Positions 51,321 to 64,000 of a stretch of DNA of 64,000 nt are shown here, piece after piece. Every line of letters starts with the position of its first letter. Position 1 is the stretch's first letter. Below the pieces are notes generated by a model that saw only the letters and a list, made by a program, of their open reading frames with translations, was not told the DNA's origin and ran no database searches. Made by a program: the position numbers and the translations under genes. The stretch is from Kudoa neothunni. Its lineage: Eukaryota > Animalia > Cnidaria. Location of the stretch: contig OZ199838.1 of assembly GCA_964304625.1 (NCBI GenBank), positions 1-64,000 of the forward strand, written 5' to 3'.

Positions 51321-53124
51321 CACTCGTAATTACGCCCCAAAAAATCACACTACTGCACAAACTGGGTCCAATGGACACAGTCGGTAAAATTGGATTTAAC
51401 GCTCGCCATCTGATTATAAATATGCCATAAATATAAAAGAAAATTTCTTATTGGTTTATTTTTAATATCATGTTAATAATTTATCGCAAAGCTGTAAAAA
51501 ACAAGATATAACACGACGCCAGCCTTAGTTTGGTAATAGTAATGTACTATTTCGGGCTTCCCATCTTCCACAATGTTATTGTCATTGTGTAGAGAACTGA
51601 GAAGCAAAACAGACTTATTTGGATTTTCACAAAACTTAACAAGTGTGATTCTATCATGGTTTTTATTCTGTTGAAAGCATGTAGGTTAAAATTTGCGTGA
51701 CTTTCTCACAGTTCCAACTAGGGCTGTTTTACGGCCTCGTTAATATTTGCCAGGTTTAAACTCGTGAAAAAATTGTCAGTAGTTATAGTTCTACCTTTAT
51801 ATAGATTCTAGATATAGGTTTGCGAATTCTCTGACAACTCGTTCCTCTTGATATACCTCGGGACCATTTGATGCTCTTCCTGTATAAATTTGAGCATTAC
51901 GTAAGTAAGCATTTTCGGCATCTGCCAAGACTCAAGTTTTGATGCCATATTTTCTGGGTTTACTCGGTATATAAGTTTTAAAATTCACACGACCCCTTGT
52001 TGTGCAAAGCTGTTCATTCACTGTTAATTGCTCTGATAGTATGTAGTTATTTCGGCAATTATTGATAAATGAATCCCATAAGAAACTAATTAATTGGTGA
52101 GTCTTTTCTCTGAAGGTCACGCTCTACGCGGTCATCAAAACGAATATTTTCAGAGATAATTCTACGAAAATATTCGTTATGATATTCCTATAAAATATAT
52201 AAACGTTATTCCCACATATTTATATTTAAATTTTATTGAAGATGATTATTTTTATCTAAAAACGGTAAACTTTTTTCATTATTCCATAACTCTTGTAATG
52301 AAGAGTTTTTGTTTTTCATTATTCCAAGATATAAATTAGCACCTATCCATTTTCAAACATCAGAATCGTTAATTTTTATTTTATTGTTTCTCTTTTCCAT
52401 AAATGTGTTTGTCGAAATTGTTAATTTTGAAATAATATCATCTCCAATAAAACTTTTGAATGAAGTCAATGGAGAAAATATTCTTCCCTAATTTTATTTG
52501 GGATTCTAGCTTTATAATTTGGTAAAATATTGTGGTTACGTGTTCTTACCACCTTAGTTGATATTTTTGACTCCCATTTAATTAATTTGTCTCTTGAGAA
52601 CTGAGTTTCCTCTTGAGATTGTTCAATATCAGAAATATTCTCCAAATAATTTGAAACTGGTTCCTCTATTATGTTACCTATTTCTTCGTCAGAAGACAGA
52701 TTCTCATCTATGTTAGAATATTCTGAGTTTTATATAATCATTATTATCGCATCATCAAGGGTTAATATTCTACATGGATTAGCAGCTATACGAGGGCGAT
52801 AAAAGATTAATTTGTTACTATCCTTGGTAATAACTATTCCTAGATATTTCAGCGTAGGAAACTCTAATTTTATTTATAAAAAATTATACTATATTTAAAA
52901 TTATTAGAAGTTACGGTAAAGTATGCAACAACTTATAATTTTTAAACATGGCTCAAAATAAACAAACAAACAAACAAACAAACGAAGATGCAATTATTTA
53001 GAGATATTTTATTTCGTTAAAGTCAAATCTGGATTATTAGATTTTTTTATTAAATATATTTAGTTGTTTAATTTGTTTTTAATTATTTAACAGTGTTATT
53101 AAACCCAGAATGTATGTACAAGTG
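51321..53124 (-). mobile_element. piggyBac transposon, decayed and internally deleted
   Basis: LTVNEQLCTTRGRVNFKTYIPSKPRKYGIK, RTITTDNFFT and LVGTVRK. Ends cactcgta / tacaagtg flanked by ATAA and TTAA. Confidence 0.8.
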
Positions 53125-53724
53125 TTAAACGCTCATTTCAGTTTCAGCTGAAAGTCCCAATTATCTAAGAATTTGATTGCCTATGTTTTTGGAAACTCGC
53201 AGTGTAATGAAAATATTGCATCCTCATGTACATATATTGAGTTTTCTCTTTCTTATATTTTTAGATTGTATCCAAATTCAAATTAATTACTATCACATGT
53301 TTATAGACATTTATATTTTTATCACTATGGGAACAGAAAAAGTTTACTAGCAATAAATAAGATAAGAATTCGTGTCTCAATAAAATTTTTAGGGCAGTTT
53401 TAATTTTTATAGAATCTCGGTTTCGGCAACAAAACTTTTTATTTTTTACACATATCAATGAATTATTTAACTTTTTATAAGTGTGGAAATGAATCTCTGA
53501 ACTTTGGTTCCGATATAGTTTCCTAAAAAATTAGTGTTTCAACAGACTCTCCCTCCAGAATGATTCAACTCGATGCTATCGACGTTACAACTGTACTCAA
53601 TGGATTATTATACTCATTTGCAATGCTATGCAACATCAATTAGCTTTATTAGGGAAATATTTTCTGATTTCTCGAAAACTTAAAGTATTTTTAATCCTAA
53701 TTATTAATTAAAAGATAAGCGAAA

Positions 53725-53975
53725 CTAAATTTGTATTTTGCATATATAGAAGATATTTATCTAAGAAATGATAAGATTGAATTATTATTTTAGTAGAGAA
53801 AGCGCGTCTGCAAAATAGGCACAGTCAAATTTTTAGCCTACTTGTATGCGACTTCTTCCACAGTCTTCGTCATTATGGCGACTGCAAAGAGCACACATCC
53901 CAGTATCCATACTAAACGATGTTAATACAACTATATATGTCTATTAACTTTACCATTGTGAAGTTTTGTTAGCAT
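53725..53975 (-). CDS. 5' exons of a possible secreted-protein gene or pseudogene of unknown family
   Basis: Exons 53975-53954, 53911-53842 and 53807-~53725 (introns 42 and 34 nt) read MLTKLHNVWILGCVLFAVAIMTKTVEEVAYKRAFSTKIIIQSYHFLDKYLLYMQNTNL. Downstream continuation not resolved. Confidence 0.35.
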
Positions 53976-56492
53976 TACCTTCTAGCTCAAGTTAACTCAA
54001 TCAGATTACTTATATTATCAATAATTCTAGGTTTTTAAACCAGATTAATTTAATCTTTTCAATCATTTCTTAACGATTAAGAGGTTGATCAGTATTTGTT
54101 ATTATTGGTGAAACTTTTATTTCGACGATAAAAATTGCGTTAGTTAATAATAAGTAGCAATATGATTATGTATTATATTTTATATACACGAGGTTATTGT
54201 ATTCGTGTATTAAAAGTGAACCTATATTTTTATATTTTAGGTTCATTATTCTTTGGCATAAGGTGTTCATTTATTGATGACATCGGAAAATTAGAGTGAT
54301 TGCGAGTATTACTTAAAATCAATTATTTTTGTATTTATTCTGACTTTAATTGTATTAAAATTAAAATTTACAGTCGTTATTACATGATAACTTCATTAAT
54401 AATTTTGTTTTAGTTATAATTAGCGATAGTAACTGCTATAATTTCAAAGCAGTGACCTAATTACAAATAACAACTTGTAATTTTCGCGATATTAGTAATC
54501 CTTATATCCCAAGTAATTTTTAAAAGGTAATAAATATTTTTTAATCATTATAAACCATCAATATTAAAAAGAATATATTAAATTATTTATTCAAATGTTC
54601 TTTACGATATCAGTTGACAGTTTGGAAACATCCATTGTTTGGAGACTTCCCCGTTTATGAACCCCTCCAAAGTTAGCGCTACACTACTCAAATCAATTCT
54701 GCACAACCTCGCAAATACGATAACGATGTGTAACACCCTCTAGTAAATCCTAAATAAAGCTTTGCACTCAATCCAAATAAAAAATACATGGTATGAGAAG
54801 GAACAGACAGTTGTGAGGCTAAACCAGTTATTATCCCTATTTTTAAATTTAAGGTATTGTTATAGAAAACTTTAATTTATAATAATTCAAAAGATTTTAT
54901 TTATGAGCCGTCTAATCCTTTCTAATCAATTATTGATTTCGAACTCTGTGTATTCTAGGTATATGTGTTGCTTTCGATACACTGAATTTGGCTGTAGAAA
55001 TGAACCGCTCATTCGTAATCCTCTTGAGACCGCACAAAGATACGAAATAATTAGTTAAATTGATTAGTTCGTAATTTTCTTATCATACAAAAACGAATAA
55101 TACGTTCATTATTTAAACTTAAAGGTTTAAGATTTATTAAGTTTCGTCTTCAAGTAATCCCTTGTATTGAACTGTCCTTTAAATAAATATAATAAAGTAT
55201 TTTTAATAACTAACAAAATTTGATGCTAAAAATTGCTCAAATAATATAAAATTATTTTTATCAACATTATTACGGAATTAAGTTTTCATTAATAAACATC
55301 CACTGAAATAAATTTTATTAATAGACTTTTTGGTACAATGATACATGTTGTGTTTTCATTTTTTTGTTAATTATCACTGTTAAGCCCAGTTTAGGAATCA
55401 GTTTATCAAATGATGATCAATAATTGCATTTAATAAAAGAAGTATTTAAACCGAAAAAATTAATAATACTAAAAATAGTTATATTGCTTAATGTAAGAAA
55501 AAATGTAAATGAAAATATTTTATGTGTATGGAGAAATCTAGTGTATATAGAGCTCTTGTCTGTCGGTGTATGTTTATTTCCGCAGGGCGTCCACTGCTTG
55601 GTTTTTTTTGTAATTACTTAATTTAAATAAATTAACGTAATTTTTCATGATGTAAAGTATGCCCTTAATACTTTTTTATCATGTAGCACGCTACAATGGT
55701 AATGATAAAGTATGCAGCACCTAAAAAACGCCGTCTTACACACGTTTTTCCACATTCCTTTTTACACGATTGTTTATAATAAAATTAAAGAATACGGAGA
55801 GCGAAATATCAGCTAAAAATATTAACTTTGAAATTTTAAGAATTTTTTATGGGAACTTTGTCGGATGCAAGTGTAATCTGCATCTTTTTTCAACAAACAT
55901 TGAATTTTTTTGTTTCTTCCTTAGTTATTAACTTAAAAGTTAATTATTATTACTATTTAGATTTTTTGCTATTGATATATAACAATTTAATGTAAAATAA
56001 CTTTAAAAATAAACTTAATGAAAGTTTCACAATAACATCTCATTTTTTTACTATAAAAAAGTACTTTGTGAAGTTTCAAATATAAATAATAGTATAGCAA
56101 GATTAGTTTTAGTTTATAATTTTTTTGATTAAATTTTTTTTTGAAATTAAGAAATTATTCAGTTTTAATTATTAAAATTCGAGAACCTAATTTTTAAAAA
56201 CGATACTATTAATTTTTTTACCCTGGCGTATGTCTAAAACACCGAGAAAAATTTGTTAACTATATTTATATTGTTTAATAAGTTTTATTACTTGTTAAAA
56301 TTTCTTAATAACAAATTCGGCAAAATATACTAATTAAGAATATTTTGAAATGTTAATACAATATGTTAACCAAGGTTATTTTTATTAGTATGTATATAAT
56401 TTACTAAAACTAATAATTTCATATAAAAAACAGTTTTTTGGTTTTTATATTTTTTATAACAATATTTTTACGTTTATTAAATGTTATATTAA

Positions 56493-58360
56493 CCCTTCGT
56501 CACACGCGCAAAAGCTTTACGCGGTTACACGCATGGGGTCCATTGGATCCCATCAAAAAGAAACAGTGATTTAATACTAATAAATAGGGAAATAAATTAT
56601 TTTTCAAACAGCTACTGCAAATGATATTTTAATGCATTTTATAGACAAATTTTGAGCGTGTCTGACAACTTGTTCTTGTTTTTTTATCATGTAGACGGGT
56701 GTATAAATAACAACTTCATTTGTCAACGAGCTAGCTTTTTGGATTTCTACTAATTTTAAGTTTAAAAAAATTATCAATGTATTAACCTTTTTATTCAACT
56801 CAGGCTCTATTAATTGCATACTCAACGACTTTAAAAACTCCTTCCGACGAATAATTTTATCGACCTTCATGCAATATATAACATATGCATTTATTGCTAC
56901 AATATCTATTAGTGTATGAAATATGACAACAGGCCATCTTCTTGTAATTCGATAAGTAGAGTAGTTCCCGCACATTTGTTCAATTGTATCAACTCCACAT
57001 TTTGTTAAATTGTAAAAAGAGACGATCCCTGGTTGCTTTTTAGGATGGTTCAAATCAACGGTTGACTTGTGGTGAAACGAACCTAACAGTGTAACGGCCT
57101 TGTTTCTTTTGGGGACATAAGGCACTAAGGTTAGATCTTTCGTAAATGCAAAAGAAGATGAGTATTGTTCACGTGTTTTTGAAGCCAGGAATTCAGGAGG
57201 TATTTCTTTCTTGTTTTTTCTAATGGTACCATAAGCAGTTATTCCATTCATTAATAATTACTGAAACAATGGAACTGATGTAAACCAGTTGTCAACAATG
57301 ATGTTTCTTCCTGAGTCCAGAATTGGTTGAATCAGGCGCATAACTAAACTATGGGGTGAGTTATCAACTTTGTATGGGGCACTATTCTGGGCTCCCAGGT
57401 AAACTTCAAGATTAAGGGTGTAAAAAGTTTTAGAATCACACAGGTTAAAAATCTTAATCCCATATTTCGCTGGCTTAGAAGGCATATACTGCTCACAAAT
57501 ACAGCGATCCCGGAATGATCCAAGCATTTCATCGATCGTCAAATATTCGGTGGGTATATAATATTTGATGAAATTAGAATTTATTTGATTAAAAATATCT
57601 CTGATTTTTGACATTCTATCTTGATTATTTTCATTTGAATCACTTGAACCGGTTGCAAAACGTAGACATCTTTTTAACAAGGAAAATCTATTCTGGTTGA
57701 ATATTTTTTTGCAAATTGAAAAATCGAAGTCGTCATCTGCCCATAGTTCATTCAAATGAGTAAGATTAGCTTTCTTCACGCCAAAAAAATAGTGCAGACC
57801 AATGTAAGCTTTTAATTCACACATATCAAATGCCATACAATCTCGCGATCGTTTGTAATTTGGTTGGATATTTCGAAGGTAGTAATTGGTACATTGCAAT
57901 ATTCCAGTTAATATATTCTCAGTGATAAACAAACTCCAAACTTGAGACTCTGATTCCACATCATCAGGAATTTTTACTCCATGTTTATCCGTTATAATGT
58001 CGTGTTTTCTCTTTCTTGAAAATAATCCCACAGGTTTTGAGCTCCATTCAAAATTTTTGGAGTATAACCAATGTTCGCTATCATCTAAACCCTTTATTTA
58101 GAAATATTTATTTATTCTATAATATTACTTTTTGATGATACATCAGAGCTTGAATCATTGCTTCTTTCATCATAACAATCATCAAAATCATCTGTTAAAA
58201 ATTTTCGAAAGTTCATTTCCTACTTTCATTTTGAAGAAAACATAAAAAACACGAATATTTTAATTTTAGCGTTACCATAAAAAACACAACGATAGCTATT
58301 TGCAGATTGAAATCACGTGGGGTCCATTGGACCCCATGATTGTGAGATTGTGACAGAGGG
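56493..58360 (-). mobile_element. piggyBac transposon, near-complete
   Basis: TTAA at 56489-92 and 58361-64. TIR cccttcgtcaca / tgtgacagaggg. Palindromic internal repeats ggggtccattgga(t/c)ccc at both ends. Confidence 0.93.
56604..58216 (-). pseudogene. piggyBac transposase with few disruptions
   Basis: LTIDEML, QYMPSKPAKYGIK, VDNWFTS and YNLTKCGVDTIE. One stop near 57258 plus frameshifts in the N-terminal and Cys-rich regions. Confidence 0.92.
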
Positions 58361-59425
58361 TTAAAGTCAAAAGATATTATTATGACCGATCTCATAATAA
58401 ATGCAAAACTATTTATTATAAGGGATATGATAGAAATTCTAATAATTTTAAAACGGGGGATGAATTCAAAACGATCTGCGATGACCATCACAACCAGGAT
58501 GCAAATATTGATGTAGACGACGATGCAAACAGTTGATGACTAAAATCTTATCGCTTTTTCTTAATAAAATGATTTTAACTTTTTCAATAAATTTTATACA
58601 TATTGAATTTTTATATAAATTATCACACATAATTAATTGAACATGAATAAAATCCAAACAAATTATTTAGTAGATTTGTAATATTACAAGAATGTGTTTT
58701 TTTAATTCGAAAATGCATTTGCATTAACATACTTATGCGTTTCTCGTTAAGCACCATTATTTTCTCAATTTCTTGTTTTTTTAAGAATTAATGTTTTTGG
58801 GAATGCCAATAAAATTATAAACTATGGCATGTTTTATTGTAATGTTACTTAATTACATTCTTTTCTACTGCTTCATAAGTTGCGACTCTACCTTAACTAT
58901 CACCACAATCCGATAAAAATAATATCACCAAAATAAAATATAAAAATTTCAACATAAATTTTTATGTGTTAAATCGATACAGAAGTAAATATATCTTAGA
59001 AAATGTCTAACGATTAATGTCATTCAAATATAAATCTACTACTTTATGCCTATAAACCACTAGATAATTATGTCTTTACAATAAAATTAGTCCGAATTTT
59101 CATTCAAAGTATATATTATAAATCAGAATGGATTAAGAATCTGTCTCAAACTCACAATGATAATATTATAATCACTTCATTATTCCCGTTTCATTTATAA
59201 AAAATAAGTTTAGATTAGAAATAGTACGTCTATTCAGGCCAACTTTGATTTATAAATGCCACAAAATTAAAACCAAACAGAAATAGCGTTTTTTTGTGAT
59301 TAGAGTAGCTTTAATAAACTTTTAAGAATATTACTCTGAGTTTAATCTTAATATTTTAGTGTTTTTTTTTATATTTTTGTTGATTTTAGGGGGATGCGAA
59401 ATTTGTTTGAGGAAGGATTGTTTAA

Positions 59426-62400
59426 CCCTTACAGGACCAAGCAAGGTCTGTCGAAACCACAAGATACGTTTTTTGATCATTACTCTAAAAATCGGCTTCC
59501 GTAAATGTTAAAATTTTTAGAATACTCATAAAAACTCGTAAGCCTATATAAGGGGAAGAAAATTTTTTTCTCTATTTTTTTTAACTTTATAATAAAACAC
59601 AATATTTCGATTGCATGTGATTATAAATGTTCGTAACCTCAATTATTTATTTTATAAAGCTTAATTTTAGTGAAAGGTCAAAAAATACATTTCGTTTAAA
59701 CATTACATGTGAATGAAAATAACGATCAAAATCTCAGAAGATTACCGCTATAGATTGACAATAACTTATCCGATTGATCTCCTACGTTTTGTTGCTTTTC
59801 CTAATAAATTGAATTTGTTGTTCCCAACAGATAATTAAAACAGTGTTGAAGAATACATCGATGATTATTCTGAGGTTGAGGAAAGAAAGCGACTTATAGG
59901 TCGTGCGCAATTATGGATCGTACGTAATATTGCAATAAAACATAAATTTATAATCTTTGGAAAATTTAATTTTTACTATCTAAACTTTACTATAAAAGTG
60001 ACATACTGCATAAATTGGACCTTAGCAAACTTAAATTATCCATAGTTATTATGCGTTTAATGTGTCGTACACAATTATAGCTCGTGCGTAATGATTTTTT
60101 TGAATGCGAGGAAGATTTTGGGTCGTGCGACGGTAGCTAACAAAAAGAAATTCCTAACTCTTTCGAAAAAAGTAGAAATTATCAAACACTACGAAAAGAT
60201 ATCGAATAAACCGAACGCCAAATTGGAAACAATGAAGGCCTTCGAAGTAAAAGCAAGATCTACCTTGAATACTATCCTAAACAATAAAGACAAGTTGCTT
60301 AAGCACTATAACGACGGTTCTGTTTCCAAATTAAGAAAAACTCTTAAGAAAGGAGAACATATAGATATCGATCATCGAGTGAATAATATAGAACTTTCTC
60401 AAGAAGTTATCATCAATAAGGCCAATGAATCCTTGATGATTTTTCAAAGGAAACACCTTTGTCTATTGGCTGGTTTTATGGCTTTATAAAAAGATTTAAT
60501 ATCTCTCGTAATACATTTTTCGGTGAATCTAAAAGTGTAAACAATATTTTCATCGAGGAATGGAAAACCAATTTGATCGAAATCCTAAAGAGCTGGGAGC
60601 CTAAGGATATTTTCAATACAGACGAAACAGACTTGTATTATTAGCAACGAAAAAGTTATTAATATTTTTATGTGTTATATATCTTGCGTAGGTAGAGGAT
60701 ATGTATTCACTAAAAAGATAAATAAAAATGGGTGCAAACAATCAAACAATCAAAAAAAAAGAATAACCGCTTTATTTACCTGCTCTATGCTTGGAGAAAA
60801 ATTAGACCCAATAATAATAGGTAACTTTTCAAAGCCCCGTTGTTTTGGATCAATTAAAAAGCTGCCATTGGATAATGAAGCAAACATTAGCGCTTGGATG
60901 ACAGAGAAAATATTATACCAATTCTTCATTAGGGTGGAACAAGAAATTAATTATGTCAACAATAAAAATTTGTCTTTTTATTGACAACTGGCCCTCACAC
61001 CCTAATTTGAACCTTTCCAATATTACATTATATTTCTTCCCACCTAATGCTACTAGCGTTTTGCAACCTCTTGACCAAGGGATAATCAACGATGTAAAAG
61101 TAATTGATTAGAAACATTTAATGGAGTCTCTTATACAGAGCGTGGAAGCTGGATTGACGAAATGCGGATAACCTAACATTTTGGAAGCGATGTTTCTGTT
61201 GAAGAATTCATGAGATCATGTAAAAACCGAGACAATTGTAAATTGTTTTAGGAATTCATTTTTCCCCATGCCAAGAAGAATTAGAAACTCTCCCAGTAAA
61301 TGAAAATCCAACCATCAAATTAAAAGAAATGATGGAAGAAGAAGTCAATATAATCAATAGAAATCCAGAAGTTTGTGCTGCTGATGAAGTTGAGAGGATA
61401 GCGATAATGCTAGTATTCTTTCACATTATGACAGGATAGAAACAGAGTCTGATAATGATTCTATTGAAGCTGTTTCCGTTTCTGATAAGGATATGTTTAA
61501 ATATTTGTCCTGTATAAGGAGATACTTTGAAACAAAAAGCCCACAAATGTTAATGCAAACAACAGAATTAGACGATCTAATTTTAGAAAAAGCTGCATTA
61601 CAAATTACTTTAAAGTAACAATCGTTAAGTACGCTAGTCAGTAAAAATATTACGTATTACGTATTATTTTTAATTTTTGTTTATTTTAGCATGAGAAAAG
61701 TTATGTGTGGTGTGTAATGACTTTGATTACGCACGACCCATAAGTCACTGTATCTGAATATAACATGTCTGCATCAGACATGGAAAGCATGGATGAATGT
61801 GTTATGCCATTGGGAAATGCGGTGATCGATCAGGTGGTACTGATTATTTACATGAGCATGTCAAAAACGTTTCAATGTTTTTTTGATCACCTGGACAGGA
61901 ATGATCTTTTGAAATTTGTAGGTTCACCAAGTGTTATCCTTTAAATATTAATTACGCGTATTTTTAAACTCGAGCGACGTCATATCATTTGATTTGGGTC
62001 ACGATTCTTAATACCCCTTGATATGAAAGAATATTTAATTTTTAACCAAAAATCACACTTAAAAACATAATGAAACTTGTTTAATTTAAAAGATATGTTG
62101 AACTTCTTAATCTTACAATCAGCCCTTCATCGTCATGTGGCAACTGAGTGCTACCAATAAAATGTCCAAGTGTTGTGTGATAGTGTGTCTCGTTTAATTT
62201 CTAATTATTGATTCCATAATGTCTTTAGTTTTAATAGAAAAATAAATTTTTCATGCATTAACAATAAATACGCACATCCAAGTATATAATGTGCTCATTC
62301 CAATGTAACTTTTGTGAACTACCGAATCACAAAAATTTAGATATTTATTGGACAATCAAGAAATTACATAATAATTGTAACATCAGTTAATTCATTATTA

Positions 62401-62524
62401 TGTTTACTTTTAAACATATGAGTTTAATGTAATTTAATTAAGTTTAAATTCTATTTTTACTGGGTTCTCACGAGACCCGGCTTGGGCATACAAGGTTTTT
62501 CAAAGCGGTCCAATCCCGGTATGG
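59426..62524 (+). mobile_element. probable piggyBac-derived shell hosting a Tigger
   Basis: TTAA-CCCT left end and GG-TTAA right end. Inverted sub-terminal motif ccaagcaaggtct / agacccggcttgg. Acidic coding-like remnant flanks the Tigger. Confidence 0.45.
59887..61750 (+). mobile_element. Tigger/pogo DNA transposon with decayed transposase (~60130-61615)
   Basis: TIR aagcgacttataggtcgtgcgcaa / ttacgcacgacccataagtcactg+TA. CENP-B-like HTH (LTLSKKVEII), GWFYGF, FNTDETDLY, AWMT, DNWPSH and FFPPNATSVLQPLDQG. Confidence 0.92.
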
Positions 62525-64000
62525 TTAACCTTCTAAGTAAAAAGTGGTAGATTTCTACTCCAAGTGAATTTTTCCAGCAATATTAGAGCGTATTAATGGA
62601 ACATAACTCCTCTCCAGTTTTTGTAATCTTTTTTTCTTTATAAAAGCTTTCAGAAAAATGGAATGAAAATTTTTCTTCGAAATACCAAAAAAAGATAATG
62701 TAAAAAACACCATCCAAATAGAATTCTTTAAAATATTGATGAATGTCATTTTTAAAAGTTTACGGAAATTGTATTGAGTAAATAGTGAATAAATATCGAA
62801 ACGCCATACATGCGATGACATCCCGCACGCACAAAATCTATATATGCATGTCATCCTCTCCTGAATACAATGACAGCTCCGTATTGTCTCATTATTCTTA
62901 TACTAGCTCATCAAAATATGATGGCTCTTCGCTTGTTTGTAGAGTTCTGCGTCGTAGAAAGCATCCAAAAACATATGATATAATTTTTCAACAGTCAGGC
63001 AATTTTTGTGTCATTGAAAGAGTTTAAAAACATATGTGATAATTTTTTTGTGAAATAAGCACTGTTCGCCATCATTTTGTGTTTTTCTGCGTAGCATTAC
63101 ACTGCGTTATTTAAAATAAGATAAATTAATTGACAGTTGTTATGAAACTTGAATTAAATAGTAAAACTAAAAAAGTACAAATACACCTATAATTAAAATC
63201 ATACTCGAAAGAAATGTAACATCTCTATACGCCCATGCGCATGTAGAATATAATTTCAATAATTGATCATTTATTCAACATTTACTCGATGAATTTTCCT
63301 CATATTTTGGAAGTCGATGCTGACTCTTATTGGGAGGATGTAAATTTTTTAGCTACTTAGAAGGTTGAGAATGTTCCAAAAAAAGATATTAATTTTGGCA
63401 TGAAAAATATATCTTTGCAAGTTATCACGAGTTATATTAATTTTTCTATTATTATATCCCTAAGATAATCTTAATTTAACTGAATTTATAACAATCGTTT
63501 AAAAGCTATTTATGAAAAAGATTTATTTAACTTCTCCTCTGGATTAATTGAAAGGAATCAAAATTTTTATTATTTTCAAAATACATTCTCCGATGTTAAA
63601 ATATTTCCAATTCCATCTGAAGCTGAGGAGATCGCGCTAGTAACCAATAAACCAACCTTTATCCTCGGAGTTTGTGAGACAATATTATTTGATGAATATG
63701 ACAAATATATTATAATATTAAATTATTTCCTTTAATAATAATTTTAATTAAAAGTTGAAAAAAATTTATTATAAACGCCAATTAATCATTATATCGATAC
63801 GTAGGTAACACTATTAAATAAAGGTCGTCGCTGGCCGTACCCGGAGAGTCGCATTGGTACGAATTCATTGTACTATTTTGAAAAAATATAAGAGTAAATG
63901 ACGAAAAACGAGGAAACAAAAAGACAATCTTGAATACTGACATTTAATGAATAATGGTGCTAAAATTATAATATTACAAAATTAGACAACATAGCAATGC

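Noticed and set aside
62555-63720. Coding-like fragments with possible 21-34-nt introns near the window end
   Set aside because: Could not be spliced into a stop-free frame or assigned to a family.

Overview
Very AT-rich eukaryotic DNA, not prokaryotic, with short GT-AG introns of about 34-56 nt. The tiny introns together with ADAM-type genes suggest a reduced, possibly parasitic animal genome, but the taxon cannot be fixed from this window. Most of the window is a graveyard of nested transposons: at least four piggyBac elements or shells, a complete MULE with a 9-bp TSD, a Merlin fragment, two DD34E Tc1/IS630-like elements, two Tigger/pogo elements, a full-length BEL/Pao LTR retrotransposon, a truncated Gypsy, two decayed Rep/Helicase Helitrons, many non-autonomous Helitrons and two probable solo LTRs. 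Several host genes are invisible or mis-started in the ORF track because they are spliced. These are the 3' end of an ADAM-like metalloprotease gene (1-~590), a broken ADAM-like paralogue 5' end (~13 kb) and a possible secreted-protein gene (~53.9 kb, minus strand). The most interesting is an intact two-exon gene (32787-36677) for an orphan 1282-aa type I membrane protein. It has a signal peptide, a Cys-containing N-terminal domain, a long helical/coiled-coil stalk, one TM helix and a 21-aa tail with tandem EIYE/ENIYV tyrosine motifs.
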